This document shows, one piece after another, positions 20,051-28,878 of a DNA stretch of 48,293 bases; positions within the stretch are counted from its first letter, which is position 1; each line of letters opens with the position of its first letter. The DNA is from Fidelibacterota bacterium (lineage in GTDB: Bacteria > Fidelibacterota > UBA2242). Below the pieces are notes generated by a model. The model worked only from the letters and a program-made list of their open reading frames with translations. It was not told the origin of the DNA and ran no database searches. The DNA is taken from NCBI GenBank assembly GCA_049975265.1, contig JBNGDF010000018.1, forward strand, positions 1-48,293, read 5' to 3'. Made by a program: the position numbers and the translations under genes.

Positions 20051-21877
20051 ATGCATACGATAGATTATACGATTGTCATATTTTATATGGTCGGTTTGGT
20101 GGTAATCGGAATGTGGTTTCAGCGCAAAGCAGCGCAGGGGATCGATTCCTATTTCCTGGGTAACCGCAATCTGCCCTGGTGGGCGCTGGGTGCATCGGGG
20201 ATGTCTTCCAACCTTGACATCAGTGGTACCATGATCATCGTGGCGCTGGTCTATGCGATTGGTGCCCGGGGATTTTATATTGAAATCCGGGGTGGTGTTA
20301 CGCTGATCATGGCATTTCTGATGATTTATATGGGCAAGTGGAACAGACGCGCCGGAGTCATGACTCTGGCGGAGTGGATGAAGTTTCGCTTTGGCGATGA
20401 CAGAGAGGGTAAACTGGCGCGTTTCATTACCGCCGTCACGTCATTAATTATGACGATTGCCATGATTACCTATTTTGCCATCGGTGGTGGCAAATTTTTA
20501 GACCAGTTTCTGGGAATTCCCTCTATGTTGGGATTGCCGTCGGAGTTCTGGGCAGCGGCGGTATTGATTTCCATTGCCATGATCTATACCGTTGCTTCGG
20601 GATTGTATGGTGTGATCTGGACGGACGTTTTTCAGGGGACCCTGATATTTCTGGCGATTGCCTATGTCGTTGTGCAGGCTTTGAAAATTGATCTGCCGAA
20701 TGAATTTCTGGTATCCATGCCGCTGAAGGAGGTCGCCGGTGGCGGTTATAAAGCGTATCTGACCTCTTTTAAGGAATGGACAGCCGTGGTACCGAAGTGG
20801 CATCTGGGCATTGATCCCAATTCGGTCTACTCCATGTATAATCTCTTCGGCATAGCGATCATGTTTTATCTATTCAAAACCGTGATAGAGGGTAGCGGCG
20901 GTACCGGTAACTATATGATTCAGCGTTACTTTGCTGCTAAAAGTGACCGGGAGGCGGGATTGTTATCGCTGTTCTGGACGTTTTTGTTATCCTTTCGCTG
21001 GCCCTTTATCGGTGCCCTGGCGGTTTGGGGTGTATCGCTGGCGACGCAAATCAGCGATCCGGAGATGGTATTGCCTGTCGTTGTAGCGACACTGCCAGTC
21101 GGTATTAAAGGATTTTTAATTGCCGGTTTAATGGCTGCCGCCATGTCCACTTTCGACTCCACCGTCAATGCCGGAGCGGCATACTGGGTTAAGGATATCT
21201 ATCTGGAATATGTTAATCCTGACGCCGACCACAAAAGACAGATGAAACAGAGTTATCTGGCTTCGATTTTAATTGTGTTAATCGGTCTGGGGCTGATGCT
21301 GGTCATTAGGAATATTAATGAAATCTGGGGTTGGATTACCATGAGCATTGGTGCGGGTATGATTATCCCGCAGCTGATCCGCTGGTACTGGTGGCGTTTG
21401 AATGGATACGGCTACGCCATCGGGATGGCAAGCGGAACGATAACGGCGGTTATCTGGAAAATCCTGGCACCGGAGGGAACGGCGGAATATTTTGCTTTTA
21501 TCGTCTCCGCGGGTATGTCGTTTGTCGGCACAATCATCGGGACGCTTCTGACTGAGCCAACGGATGAGAAGGTGCTCAGAAATTTTTACCGGATCACCCG
21601 ACCTTTCGGATTCTGGTCACAAATACGGTCTCATTTTTCCGACAATTTTTTGAATAAAATCAAACAGGAAAATCGGCGGGATATCTTCTCCATCTTTTTT
21701 GCCGTACCCTGGCAGTGTTGCCTTTTTCTGATGTGGCTGATGCTGGCAATGAAACGATTTGACAATTTTATTGTTTTACTGGTGATTACAGTTCTTTTGT
21801 CGATAGTCCTGTATTTTTCATGGTTTAGGCATTTATCAACTGAGGTTCGGGAGGACGCGGAAACGGAGAAATTATGA
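20051..21877 (+). CDS. Sodium:solute symporter (SSS) family sugar transporter
   Basis: SYFLGNRNLPWWALG.S, YTVASGLYGVIWTDVFQ, QRYFAAKS, GLMAAAMSTFDSTVN, RWYWWRLN; many TM helices. Confidence 0.92.
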   Translation: MHTIDYTIVIFYMVGLVVIGMWFQRKAAQGIDSYFLGNRNLPWWALGASGMSSNLDISGTMIIVALVYAIGARGFYIEIRGGVTLIMAFLMIYMGKWNRRAGVMTLAEWMKFRFGDDREGKLARFITAVTSLIMTIAMITYFAIGGGKFLDQFLGIPSMLGLPSEFWAAAVLISIAMIYTVASGLYGVIWTDVFQGTLIFLAIAYVVVQALKIDLPNEFLVSMPLKEVAGGGYKAYLTSFKEWTAVVPKWHLGIDPNSVYSMYNLFGIAIMFYLFKTVIEGSGGTGNYMIQRYFAAKSDREAGLLSLFWTFLLSFRWPFIGALAVWGVSLATQISDPEMVLPVVVATLPVGIKGFLIAGLMAAAMSTFDSTVNAGAAYWVKDIYLEYVNPDADHKRQMKQSYLASILIVLIGLGLMLVIRNINEIWGWITMSIGAGMIIPQLIRWYWWRLNGYGYAIGMASGTITAVIWKILAPEGTAEYFAFIVSAGMSFVGTIIGTLLTEPTDEKVLRNFYRITRPFGFWSQIRSHFSDNFLNKIKQENRRDIFSIFFAVPWQCCLFLMWLMLAMKRFDNFIVLLVITVLLSIVLYFSWFRHLSTEVREDAETEKL

Positions 21878-22707
21878 ATGAAATACCCGAAGAGCTTTTG
21901 GGGAAACTGATTAAACTGGGTTTTACCAATTATGAAGCCAGAACCTATCTGGGACTACTGCGGAGCAATCCGGCAACCGGTTATGAAGTCAGCCAGCAAA
22001 CCGATGTACCCCGCTCGGTGATCTATTCGATTCTCAGAAAATTGGAATCCATGGGGGTCGTCGTTTCGATTCACGACAAACCCCGTCGTTATATACCGCT
22101 CTCACCAAAGCAGCTGCTCTCATTGCTGGAATCCGATTTTTCAAAGCGTATCAGTTCGCTGAAAGAGGACCTGATCAATTTCAATAATAAACCGGAGTCC
22201 GAAGGGTTTTGGAATATTCGGGGCTATGAATCGCTGATGGAGCTCTGTTCTTCGCTGATCAATGAAACCACGGAATCGATCTATTTATCGGGGTGGAAAC
22301 GTGAAATTGAACAGCTGAAACCGGAGTTGCTGATTGCAAAAAAGCGAGATATAGACATTATCATTTTCTCTTTTACAGAGGTTGATGGAGATTTTGGCGA
22401 GACCTTTGCCTATGGGATCAGTGATGCAAAGCTGGCGAAGTTTTGGGACCCGAAACTGATCCTGGTCACCGATTCAAAAAATCTGGTCATGGGTTCGGCG
22501 AATATGGACGACGATCAGCAGGCGATCTGGACCCAGAATCGGGCGGTGATTACAATTGCGATTAATTACCTGATTCTCGATATAACCCTGTTTGGACAGC
22601 GTAAAAATATTGACGTTTCAAATACGGTTATGAAGCTCATGACAGAAAAGGTCGATCATCTGGATCAGCTGATCGAAGAAACGAATCAGAAAAATAAAAG
22701 CAAATAA
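21874..22707 (+). CDS. TrmB-family transcriptional regulator
   Basis: LGFTNYEARTYLGLL..PATGYEVSQQTDVPRSVIYSILRKLESMG (TrmB wHTH), FWNIRG, C-terminal effector domain. Confidence 0.88.
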   Translation: MNEIPEELLGKLIKLGFTNYEARTYLGLLRSNPATGYEVSQQTDVPRSVIYSILRKLESMGVVVSIHDKPRRYIPLSPKQLLSLLESDFSKRISSLKEDLINFNNKPESEGFWNIRGYESLMELCSSLINETTESIYLSGWKREIEQLKPELLIAKKRDIDIIIFSFTEVDGDFGETFAYGISDAKLAKFWDPKLILVTDSKNLVMGSANMDDDQQAIWTQNRAVITIAINYLILDITLFGQRKNIDVSNTVMKLMTEKVDHLDQLIEETNQKNKSK

Positions 22708-22733
22708 TCCAGATAAATAGGGCACTACTCATT

Positions 22734-25598
22734 TTGAAAAATAAAATATTGTTCGGCATATTATTACTATCTGTATTACCGGCATTTACCCAGGTTGTCT
22801 GGACGGAACCGGAATATGCGACTGAGGAAGATTCGATCACCGTATTTTTTGATGCCACTCAGGCAACCCGCACCGATCTGGTGGGATATACCGGTGATCT
22901 TTACACCCACACCGGCGTTAATACCAGTGCCGGCAATTGGATACATGTGATTGGCAGCTGGGGAAACAATTCGGTACAACCAAAACTAACCCGTATTTCG
23001 GATAATGTGTACAAATTGGTCATCGGTTTTCCCCGGGAGTTTTATTCTGTCAGTGACACAACGGAGATGATTTATTCCCTGAATTTTGTATTTCGAAGCG
23101 CAGACGCTACCCGGCAGACCGAAGATATTTTTTATGAACTGTATGACTATGGAATTACCGCTGTAATCGACAGTCCGTCGGTCAATGCCAACTACGGAGA
23201 CGTGATGCGCAGCCCCCGGTTTTACGAAATCAACGATGTTATCGCTTTCAAAATCAAGGCTGCCGCCCTGAATACAGAAGTGGACTCGATCAGGATTGTA
23301 AAAAACGGGTCACTGGTTTATCTTGACGAATGGAGAGATTCACTGCTCTATACAGAAACTGCCCTCGAGTCGGGACGTTATCATTATGAAGTCATTGTCA
23401 CGGATACAACCGGATTCAGTGATGCCGCCGAATTTGGTGCTATGGTTAATCCGAAAACGAAAAATGTATCACCGCCGGCGTCTATCAAGCCAGGGATCAA
23501 CATCCTGAATTCCCAGTCCGCAGGGCTGGCGCTGTTTGCGCCTTATAAGGATTTTGTCTATGTGATCGGCGATTTTAACGATTGGATAGTGGATACGTCC
23601 TATTATATGAACCGTTATTTTGTCAGTGATGATAGTATCCTGTTCTGGTTGGAAATCGACAATCTGAATCCTGCCAGCGAGTATGCATTTCAATATTTGG
23701 TAGATGGCAATATCCGGATTGCCGATCCCTATACGGAAAAAATTCTGGATCCCTGGAATGACCATGATATACCGTCATCAATTTATCCGAATCTGAAGGC
23801 TTATCCGTCCGGGAAAACCGGTGAAGCTGTTTCTCTTTTTCAAACAGGGGAAAATGAATATTCGTGGACCTTCACCGAATGGGACAAGCCGGCGCAGGAG
23901 CAGTTGATTATCTACGAGCTGCTGATCCGTGATTTTCTTGAGCAGCACGATTATCAAACCCTGATCGATACACTGGATTACCTGGCAAATCTAGGCGTCA
24001 ACGCCATCGAGTTGATGCCGGTGAATGAATTCGAAGGCAACAGCAGCTGGGGGTACAATCCCTCTTTTTATTTTGCACTTGATAAATATTACGGACCGGC
24101 TATCGATTTCAAATATTTCGTGGATGAGTGCCACGGTCGCGGTATTGCAGTGATCATTGATATGGTACTGAATCACTCCTTTGGTCAGTCGCCGCTGGTG
24201 CGCCTTTATGATCACGGCAGCGGTACGACTGCGCCGGAGAATCCATGGTATAATGAAGAGCATAATTTTACCAATCCCGATGCCCGTTGGGGCTTTGATT
24301 TTGATCATGAAAGTATGGCGACACAGTACTTTGTTGACCGCGTAACGAAGTACTGGGTGACCGAGTACGGGGTTGACGGCTACCGGTTTGATTTTACCAA
24401 GGGAATCGGTAATAATATCAAGACCGCCAGTGACCCTTGGGGCAGTAACTACGATGCCGACCGAATCCGGTTGTTGAAACGGATAGCGGATGCCCTTTGG
24501 GAAGTTGATAGTTCCGCCTATATAATTTTAGAGCATCTTGCAGAAAATTCAGAAGAGAAGGTTTTGGCAGATTATGGCATGTTGCTCTGGGGGAATCTGA
24601 ACTGGAGTTATTCTCAGGCGTCCATGGGCTATTCCACGGATTCGGACTTTTCCTGGGGCTATTTTAAAAATCGCAGCTGGACAAAACCCCATCTCGTGAC
24701 CTATATGGAGAGTCACGATGAAGAGCGCCTGATGTACAAGAATCTGACCTGGGGCAACTCAGCGGGTGATTACAGTATTAAAGAGCTTTCAACTGCCTTG
24801 AAACGTCAAAAACTGGTTAACGCCTTCTTTCTGACCCTGCCGGGACCGAAGATGATCTGGCAGTTCGGCGAATTAGGGTATGATGTCTCTATTGATTATG
24901 ATGGTCGTCTCAGTGAAAAACCGATTCGCTGGCATTATTTTCAGGATGTCGAACGAAAAAGTCTGTATAAAACCATCGCTGCGCTGCTGAAACTGCGTCA
25001 TGAAAACGATGTGTTTACCAATCCCGCTGCAAGCGTGCAGATGTCGGTTGGAAGTAATACCAAACGCATCGTGATGAGCGGCTCACCCAATGTCGTGATT
25101 ATTGGGAATTTCGGTGTGACATCACTTTCGGTTACTCCGAATTTTCAGCATACCGGCAGGTGGTACGATTACTTTTCAGGGGATTCGATCAATGTCGTAA
25201 GCGGAAGTGATCCGATTGCGCTGGAGCCGGGCGAGTTTCATATTTATACTGACAGCAAACTGGATACTCCGGAGCCGGGTATCATCAACCATATCGCTGA
25301 AACCGGGGCGAATTATCCCCATCAATTTGTTCTCTATCCCAATTTTCCCAATCCTTTTAATGCCACGACAACGTTGCGGTATGATGTCGAAAGGCAATCA
25401 GACTTGCGGATCGGCATTTACGACCTGCGCGGTCAGGAGGTATATTCAAATCAGCTGGATAATCAGCCACCCGGCTGTTACAGCTTCTACTGGGATGGAC
25501 GCAACGGTCAGGGCGAGATGCTGCAATCGGGCATCTACTTTTTGGTATTTCAGCGCGGCGCCGAACGCAGGACGCAGAAAATCACACTGATTAAATAA
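22734..25598 (+). CDS. Secreted GH13 alpha-amylase/pullulanase-like enzyme with CBM48-like domain and FlgD-Ig/T9SS-type CTD
   Basis: TTG start, signal peptide; LFAPYKDFVYVIGDFNDW, IYELLIRDF, IELMPVNEF..SWGYNP, DMVLNH, GYRFDFTKG, LEHL, ESHD; CTD NFPNPFN...WDGRNGQG..LQSGIYF..KITLIK. Confidence 0.92.
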   Translation: MKNKILFGILLLSVLPAFTQVVWTEPEYATEEDSITVFFDATQATRTDLVGYTGDLYTHTGVNTSAGNWIHVIGSWGNNSVQPKLTRISDNVYKLVIGFPREFYSVSDTTEMIYSLNFVFRSADATRQTEDIFYELYDYGITAVIDSPSVNANYGDVMRSPRFYEINDVIAFKIKAAALNTEVDSIRIVKNGSLVYLDEWRDSLLYTETALESGRYHYEVIVTDTTGFSDAAEFGAMVNPKTKNVSPPASIKPGINILNSQSAGLALFAPYKDFVYVIGDFNDWIVDTSYYMNRYFVSDDSILFWLEIDNLNPASEYAFQYLVDGNIRIADPYTEKILDPWNDHDIPSSIYPNLKAYPSGKTGEAVSLFQTGENEYSWTFTEWDKPAQEQLIIYELLIRDFLEQHDYQTLIDTLDYLANLGVNAIELMPVNEFEGNSSWGYNPSFYFALDKYYGPAIDFKYFVDECHGRGIAVIIDMVLNHSFGQSPLVRLYDHGSGTTAPENPWYNEEHNFTNPDARWGFDFDHESMATQYFVDRVTKYWVTEYGVDGYRFDFTKGIGNNIKTASDPWGSNYDADRIRLLKRIADALWEVDSSAYIILEHLAENSEEKVLADYGMLLWGNLNWSYSQASMGYSTDSDFSWGYFKNRSWTKPHLVTYMESHDEERLMYKNLTWGNSAGDYSIKELSTALKRQKLVNAFFLTLPGPKMIWQFGELGYDVSIDYDGRLSEKPIRWHYFQDVERKSLYKTIAALLKLRHENDVFTNPAASVQMSVGSNTKRIVMSGSPNVVIIGNFGVTSLSVTPNFQHTGRWYDYFSGDSINVVSGSDPIALEPGEFHIYTDSKLDTPEPGIINHIAETGANYPHQFVLYPNFPNPFNATTTLRYDVERQSDLRIGIYDLRGQEVYSNQLDNQPPGCYSFYWDGRNGQGEMLQSGIYFLVFQRGAERRTQKITLIK

Positions 25599-25675
25599 GG
25601 CTCTGCGGCAAATCTGTAGTCTAGTAACCTCATCATCATTAAATTGTTGTCTGTTTTTAAAGTGATCAGAATCGT

Positions 25676-26878
25676 ATGACGGAAAAGCTGAGTCTCTACA
25701 TTCATTTTCCATTCTGTCTCCGGAAATGCCGCTATTGCAGTTTCTATTCTGTGAAATACAATCCTGCCCAAAGCGCAACATGGCTGGAGGCACTCGGCAG
25801 GGAGGTGGCTCTTTATCGGAACCGCTACTCCGGTGCGAAAATTGGGACCCTGTATCTGGGTGGTGGGAGCCCGAATCTGATCAGCGGTGATCAACTGAAC
25901 GAACTATTGAGAGAATTAACATCCGTTTTCAATTTCAGTGCTCTGGAGGAGTTCACCGTAGAGACCAACCCGCTCGGACATGCCGCAGATTATTATCAGC
26001 GGCTATTGGAAAGTGGTGTCAACCGGCTGAATGTGGGTGTCCAGTCATTCGACGCAGATGAAATTCGCTTTCTGGGTCGTATTCATTCGGTGGAGGATTC
26101 ATTGGCAGCTTTCGCCAATCTGCATCCGATCGGTTTTCGGCATGTCGGACTGGACCTGATCTATGGAATTCCCGGGCAGACCATGGCGAGCTGGCATCGT
26201 TCCCTGGTTACGGCTCTGGCAATGCCGATTGATCATTTGTCGCTTTACAATTTAAGTATTGAACCCGGGACACCGCTGGAACGGATGGTAAAAGAGAAGA
26301 AGATCGAAGTCGTTGACCCTGATCTGGAACGTACGCTGTACCTGGAAGCCTGTCGGTTGTTGGCAGAGAACGGCTTTGTTCATTACGAGATTTCGAACTG
26401 GGCAAAGCCGGGTGCCGAATCACATCATAATCAGACATACTGGCAGGGCGGTCCCTATTTGGGGCTGGGACCGGCGGCGCACTCCTTCGACGGTAAATCG
26501 CGCTGGTGGAATGTCCGTTCGGTGGATGTCTATAATAAGCGGGTAAGTGCCGGTGTTTTTCCCATTGATCAGAAAGAGCAGCTGAGTACAGCGGACCGCG
26601 AAATCGAGCATCTGTTTTTACAATTACGAACTGTGCAGGGTTTGGAACGGCGGCGCTTTGAGAATCTGTTTCACATCGATTTCAACCGGCTGATTGACAG
26701 GCTGATGCAGTTGAAAATTGATGAAGAATACTGGCAATTCGACAATGGGAAGTTTAAATTAACCCCTGCTGGCTGGTTTGTCAGTGATGCGATCATCTAT
26801 TCACTCTTGAATGTCATTGAGGAGTTCCGAAATGATCATAAAAAAAGTGGAATCCGTGCCGAAAGAACCGGTGGCTGA
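25676..26878 (+). CDS. hemW: Radical SAM heme chaperone HemW (HemN-like)
   Basis: LYIHFPFCLRKCRYCSF, YLGGGSP, GVQSF, LGRIH, DLIYGIPGQT, HYEISNWAKPG..S.HN..YW, YLGLGPAAHS. Confidence 0.9.
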   Translation: MTEKLSLYIHFPFCLRKCRYCSFYSVKYNPAQSATWLEALGREVALYRNRYSGAKIGTLYLGGGSPNLISGDQLNELLRELTSVFNFSALEEFTVETNPLGHAADYYQRLLESGVNRLNVGVQSFDADEIRFLGRIHSVEDSLAAFANLHPIGFRHVGLDLIYGIPGQTMASWHRSLVTALAMPIDHLSLYNLSIEPGTPLERMVKEKKIEVVDPDLERTLYLEACRLLAENGFVHYEISNWAKPGAESHHNQTYWQGGPYLGLGPAAHSFDGKSRWWNVRSVDVYNKRVSAGVFPIDQKEQLSTADREIEHLFLQLRTVQGLERRRFENLFHIDFNRLIDRLMQLKIDEEYWQFDNGKFKLTPAGWFVSDAIIYSLLNVIEEFRNDHKKSGIRAERTGG

Positions 26879-27170
26879 CACCGGTGTCAAAGGTGTCAAG
26901 AAGCAGGTTTTACTGGGGCCTGCCGACGGAGCACCGAATTTCATTATGCGGCAGTTTACAGTGGAGCCGGGGGGATATACCTTTTATCACACTCATGATT
27001 ATGAGCACGAGATTTATATCGTAGCGGGCAGCGGAATCGCCCGGAGTGCCCATGGCGAGGCACCCATTTCACCGCAGACTGTTATTCTGATCAATGCCGG
27101 TGAAGTACACCAGATTGTCAATCAGGGTTCAGATGAACTGGTTTTTTTATGTTTGATTCCGAATATTTAG
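26832..27170 (+). CDS. Cupin-domain protein
   Basis: Start re-called at ATG 26832 (GAGGAG RBS); GAPNFIMRQFTVEPGG..HTHDYEHE...H.I.N...L.FLCLIP. Confidence 0.85.
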   Translation: MIIKKVESVPKEPVADTGVKGVKKQVLLGPADGAPNFIMRQFTVEPGGYTFYHTHDYEHEIYIVAGSGIARSAHGEAPISPQTVILINAGEVHQIVNQGSDELVFLCLIPNI

Positions 27171-27222
27171 GTGAACTTTTCCAGTATTGCCCGGTTTAAA
27201 CAGCATAAAATTTGAGGATTAA

Positions 27223-28083
27223 ATGGCGAAGCAGACGAAAAAGCAGGAGAAGAGTTCGAAGGTGGTTCAGGAGATCAAATCCTGGATGCTGATTATCCTG
27301 ATTGCGCTGGGGATCAAGCAGACGATCATTGCCTCCTATCATGTTCCCACCGGCTCGATGGAAAATACCATAATGACCGGTGATTTTCTGTTTGGCAATA
27401 ATTTCATATACGGGTCACGTACGCCGGACTGGATTGGTATTCCCTACACACGGATCGGTTTTCATATTCCCTGGTTTCGACTGCCGTCGCTTAAAAAGCC
27501 GATTCAGGGGGATGTGGTAATTTTTAAATATCCCGAAGATCCCTATGTCCACTACGTCAAACGCTGTGTTGCGGCGCCGGGACAGACCATCGAGGTGATT
27601 GATAAAAAGGTATATGTGGACGGTTCGCGCTTTCCCGATCCGGAACATACGAAATATATACGCGAGACCACCTTTTCTGAATACTGGAAAGATTACAGCA
27701 TTTTTCCGAAAGGTGCCGGGAATCAGGATAATTACGGTCCGGTCTATGTGCCGAAAACAGGTGATACTTTGCGGTTAGGTGAATACCCGACCCAGTTGCT
27801 GAAAAATGTCGTGGAGCTGGCGCATCACAGCTTTTATATTGAGAACAGGAAAATGGTGATAGACGGAACCGCTCATGACCATTATATCGTCGAGCAGGAT
27901 CACTACTTTATGATGGGTGATAATCGGGACAACAGTCTCGACAGCCGGTTCTGGGGCTTTGTGCCTTTTGATCTGGTGGTAGGACGGGCGATTATTGTCT
28001 GGCTCTCGGTGGATAAAGAGGTACCGCTATACCGATTCAGCCAAAAAATCCGCTGGAACCGTTTTGGGAAAATTATCTCCTGA
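27223..28083 (+). CDS. lepB: Signal peptidase I
   Basis: VPTGSMENT (Ser), GDVVIFKYP, YVKRCVA (Lys), YFMMGDNRDNSLDSRFWGFVP. Confidence 0.95.
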   Translation: MAKQTKKQEKSSKVVQEIKSWMLIILIALGIKQTIIASYHVPTGSMENTIMTGDFLFGNNFIYGSRTPDWIGIPYTRIGFHIPWFRLPSLKKPIQGDVVIFKYPEDPYVHYVKRCVAAPGQTIEVIDKKVYVDGSRFPDPEHTKYIRETTFSEYWKDYSIFPKGAGNQDNYGPVYVPKTGDTLRLGEYPTQLLKNVVELAHHSFYIENRKMVIDGTAHDHYIVEQDHYFMMGDNRDNSLDSRFWGFVPFDLVVGRAIIVWLSVDKEVPLYRFSQKIRWNRFGKIIS

Positions 28084-28116
28084 TTGCCCGGAAGACATTT
28101 TCAATCTCTTCGATTG

Positions 28117-28160
28117 TTAACCAGAATTTAACTGAAGAAATATCCGGCAATTCGTAAATT
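28117..28160 (+). promoter_or_regulatory. Pho-box-like direct repeats plus -10 upstream of the response regulator
   Basis: TTAACC (28117) and TTAACT (28128), 11 bp apart; TAAATT at 28155-28160. Confidence 0.5.
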
Positions 28161-28200
28161 TCCGGATGATCGGAATAGTATTGTATTACCGGGTGAAGAT

Positions 28201-28878
28201 TTGAACGAACTGATTGCGATTGTGGATGACGAGCCGGATATTCTCGAACTGGTTACGATTCATCTGGAAAAAGCCGGGTATCGGACAGAGAAATTTACCC
28301 AGGCTGGCAAGTTGCTCTTTTATCTGGAAAATCAGCAGCCCGATCTGCTGATTCTGGACCTGATGCTGCCCGATCTGGACGGCATTGAAGTGTGCAAACG
28401 TCTGAAACAGGATAAGCGGACAGCGCTTGTACCGATTATCATGCTGACGGCGAAAGGGGATGAATTCGATCGTATCCTGGGTTTGGAACTGGGCGCTGAT
28501 GACTATATTACCAAGCCCTTTTCTGTCCGGGAACTGGTCGCCCGGGTCAAAGCGGTGCTGCGCCGAAACACGGCATCGGAGCAGAAGGACATCGTCCGGC
28601 TACATGACGATCTGGTGGTGGATTTACAGCGCTATGCGGTCTATGTCGACGATACCGAGGTTCATTTGACGATCACGGAATTCAATCTTCTGAAGCAGCT
28701 GATTACCAGACCAGGTTGGGTTTATTCCAGAGAGCGGCTGCTCAAGGGTTTATGGGGTGATGAAAAAATTGTTATTCCGCGTACCATCGATGTTCATATT
28801 CGGCATTTACGAACAAAATTGGGCAACGCCGGACGGTATATTAAGAATATCCGGGGAGTGGGCTACAAGCTGGAATGA
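28201..28878 (+). CDS. phoB: OmpR/PhoB-family response regulator (PhoB/PhoP-like)
   Basis: IVDDE, LDLMLPDLDG, MLTAKG.E.DRILGLELGADDYITKPFS, RTIDVHIRHLR, IRGVGYK; coupled to a PhoR-like kinase. Confidence 0.8.
   Translation: MNELIAIVDDEPDILELVTIHLEKAGYRTEKFTQAGKLLFYLENQQPDLLILDLMLPDLDGIEVCKRLKQDKRTALVPIIMLTAKGDEFDRILGLELGADDYITKPFSVRELVARVKAVLRRNTASEQKDIVRLHDDLVVDLQRYAVYVDDTEVHLTITEFNLLKQLITRPGWVYSRERLLKGLWGDEKIVIPRTIDVHIRHLRTKLGNAGRYIKNIRGVGYKLE

Noticed and set aside
19966..20163. 65-aa ORF between the binding protein and the symporter
   Set aside because: It spans the hairpin and overlaps the symporter out of frame; no supporting features.
25600..25640. TAGTAACCTCA resembling the putative operator half-site at 6352, and a weak hairpin
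   Set aside because: No partner half-site, wobble-rich stem and no U tract; compatible with chance.
26832..26878. 47-nt hemW/cupin overlap as a frameshift or pseudogene
   Set aside because: Both proteins look complete and the cupin has its own RBS; probably a simple C-terminal extension.
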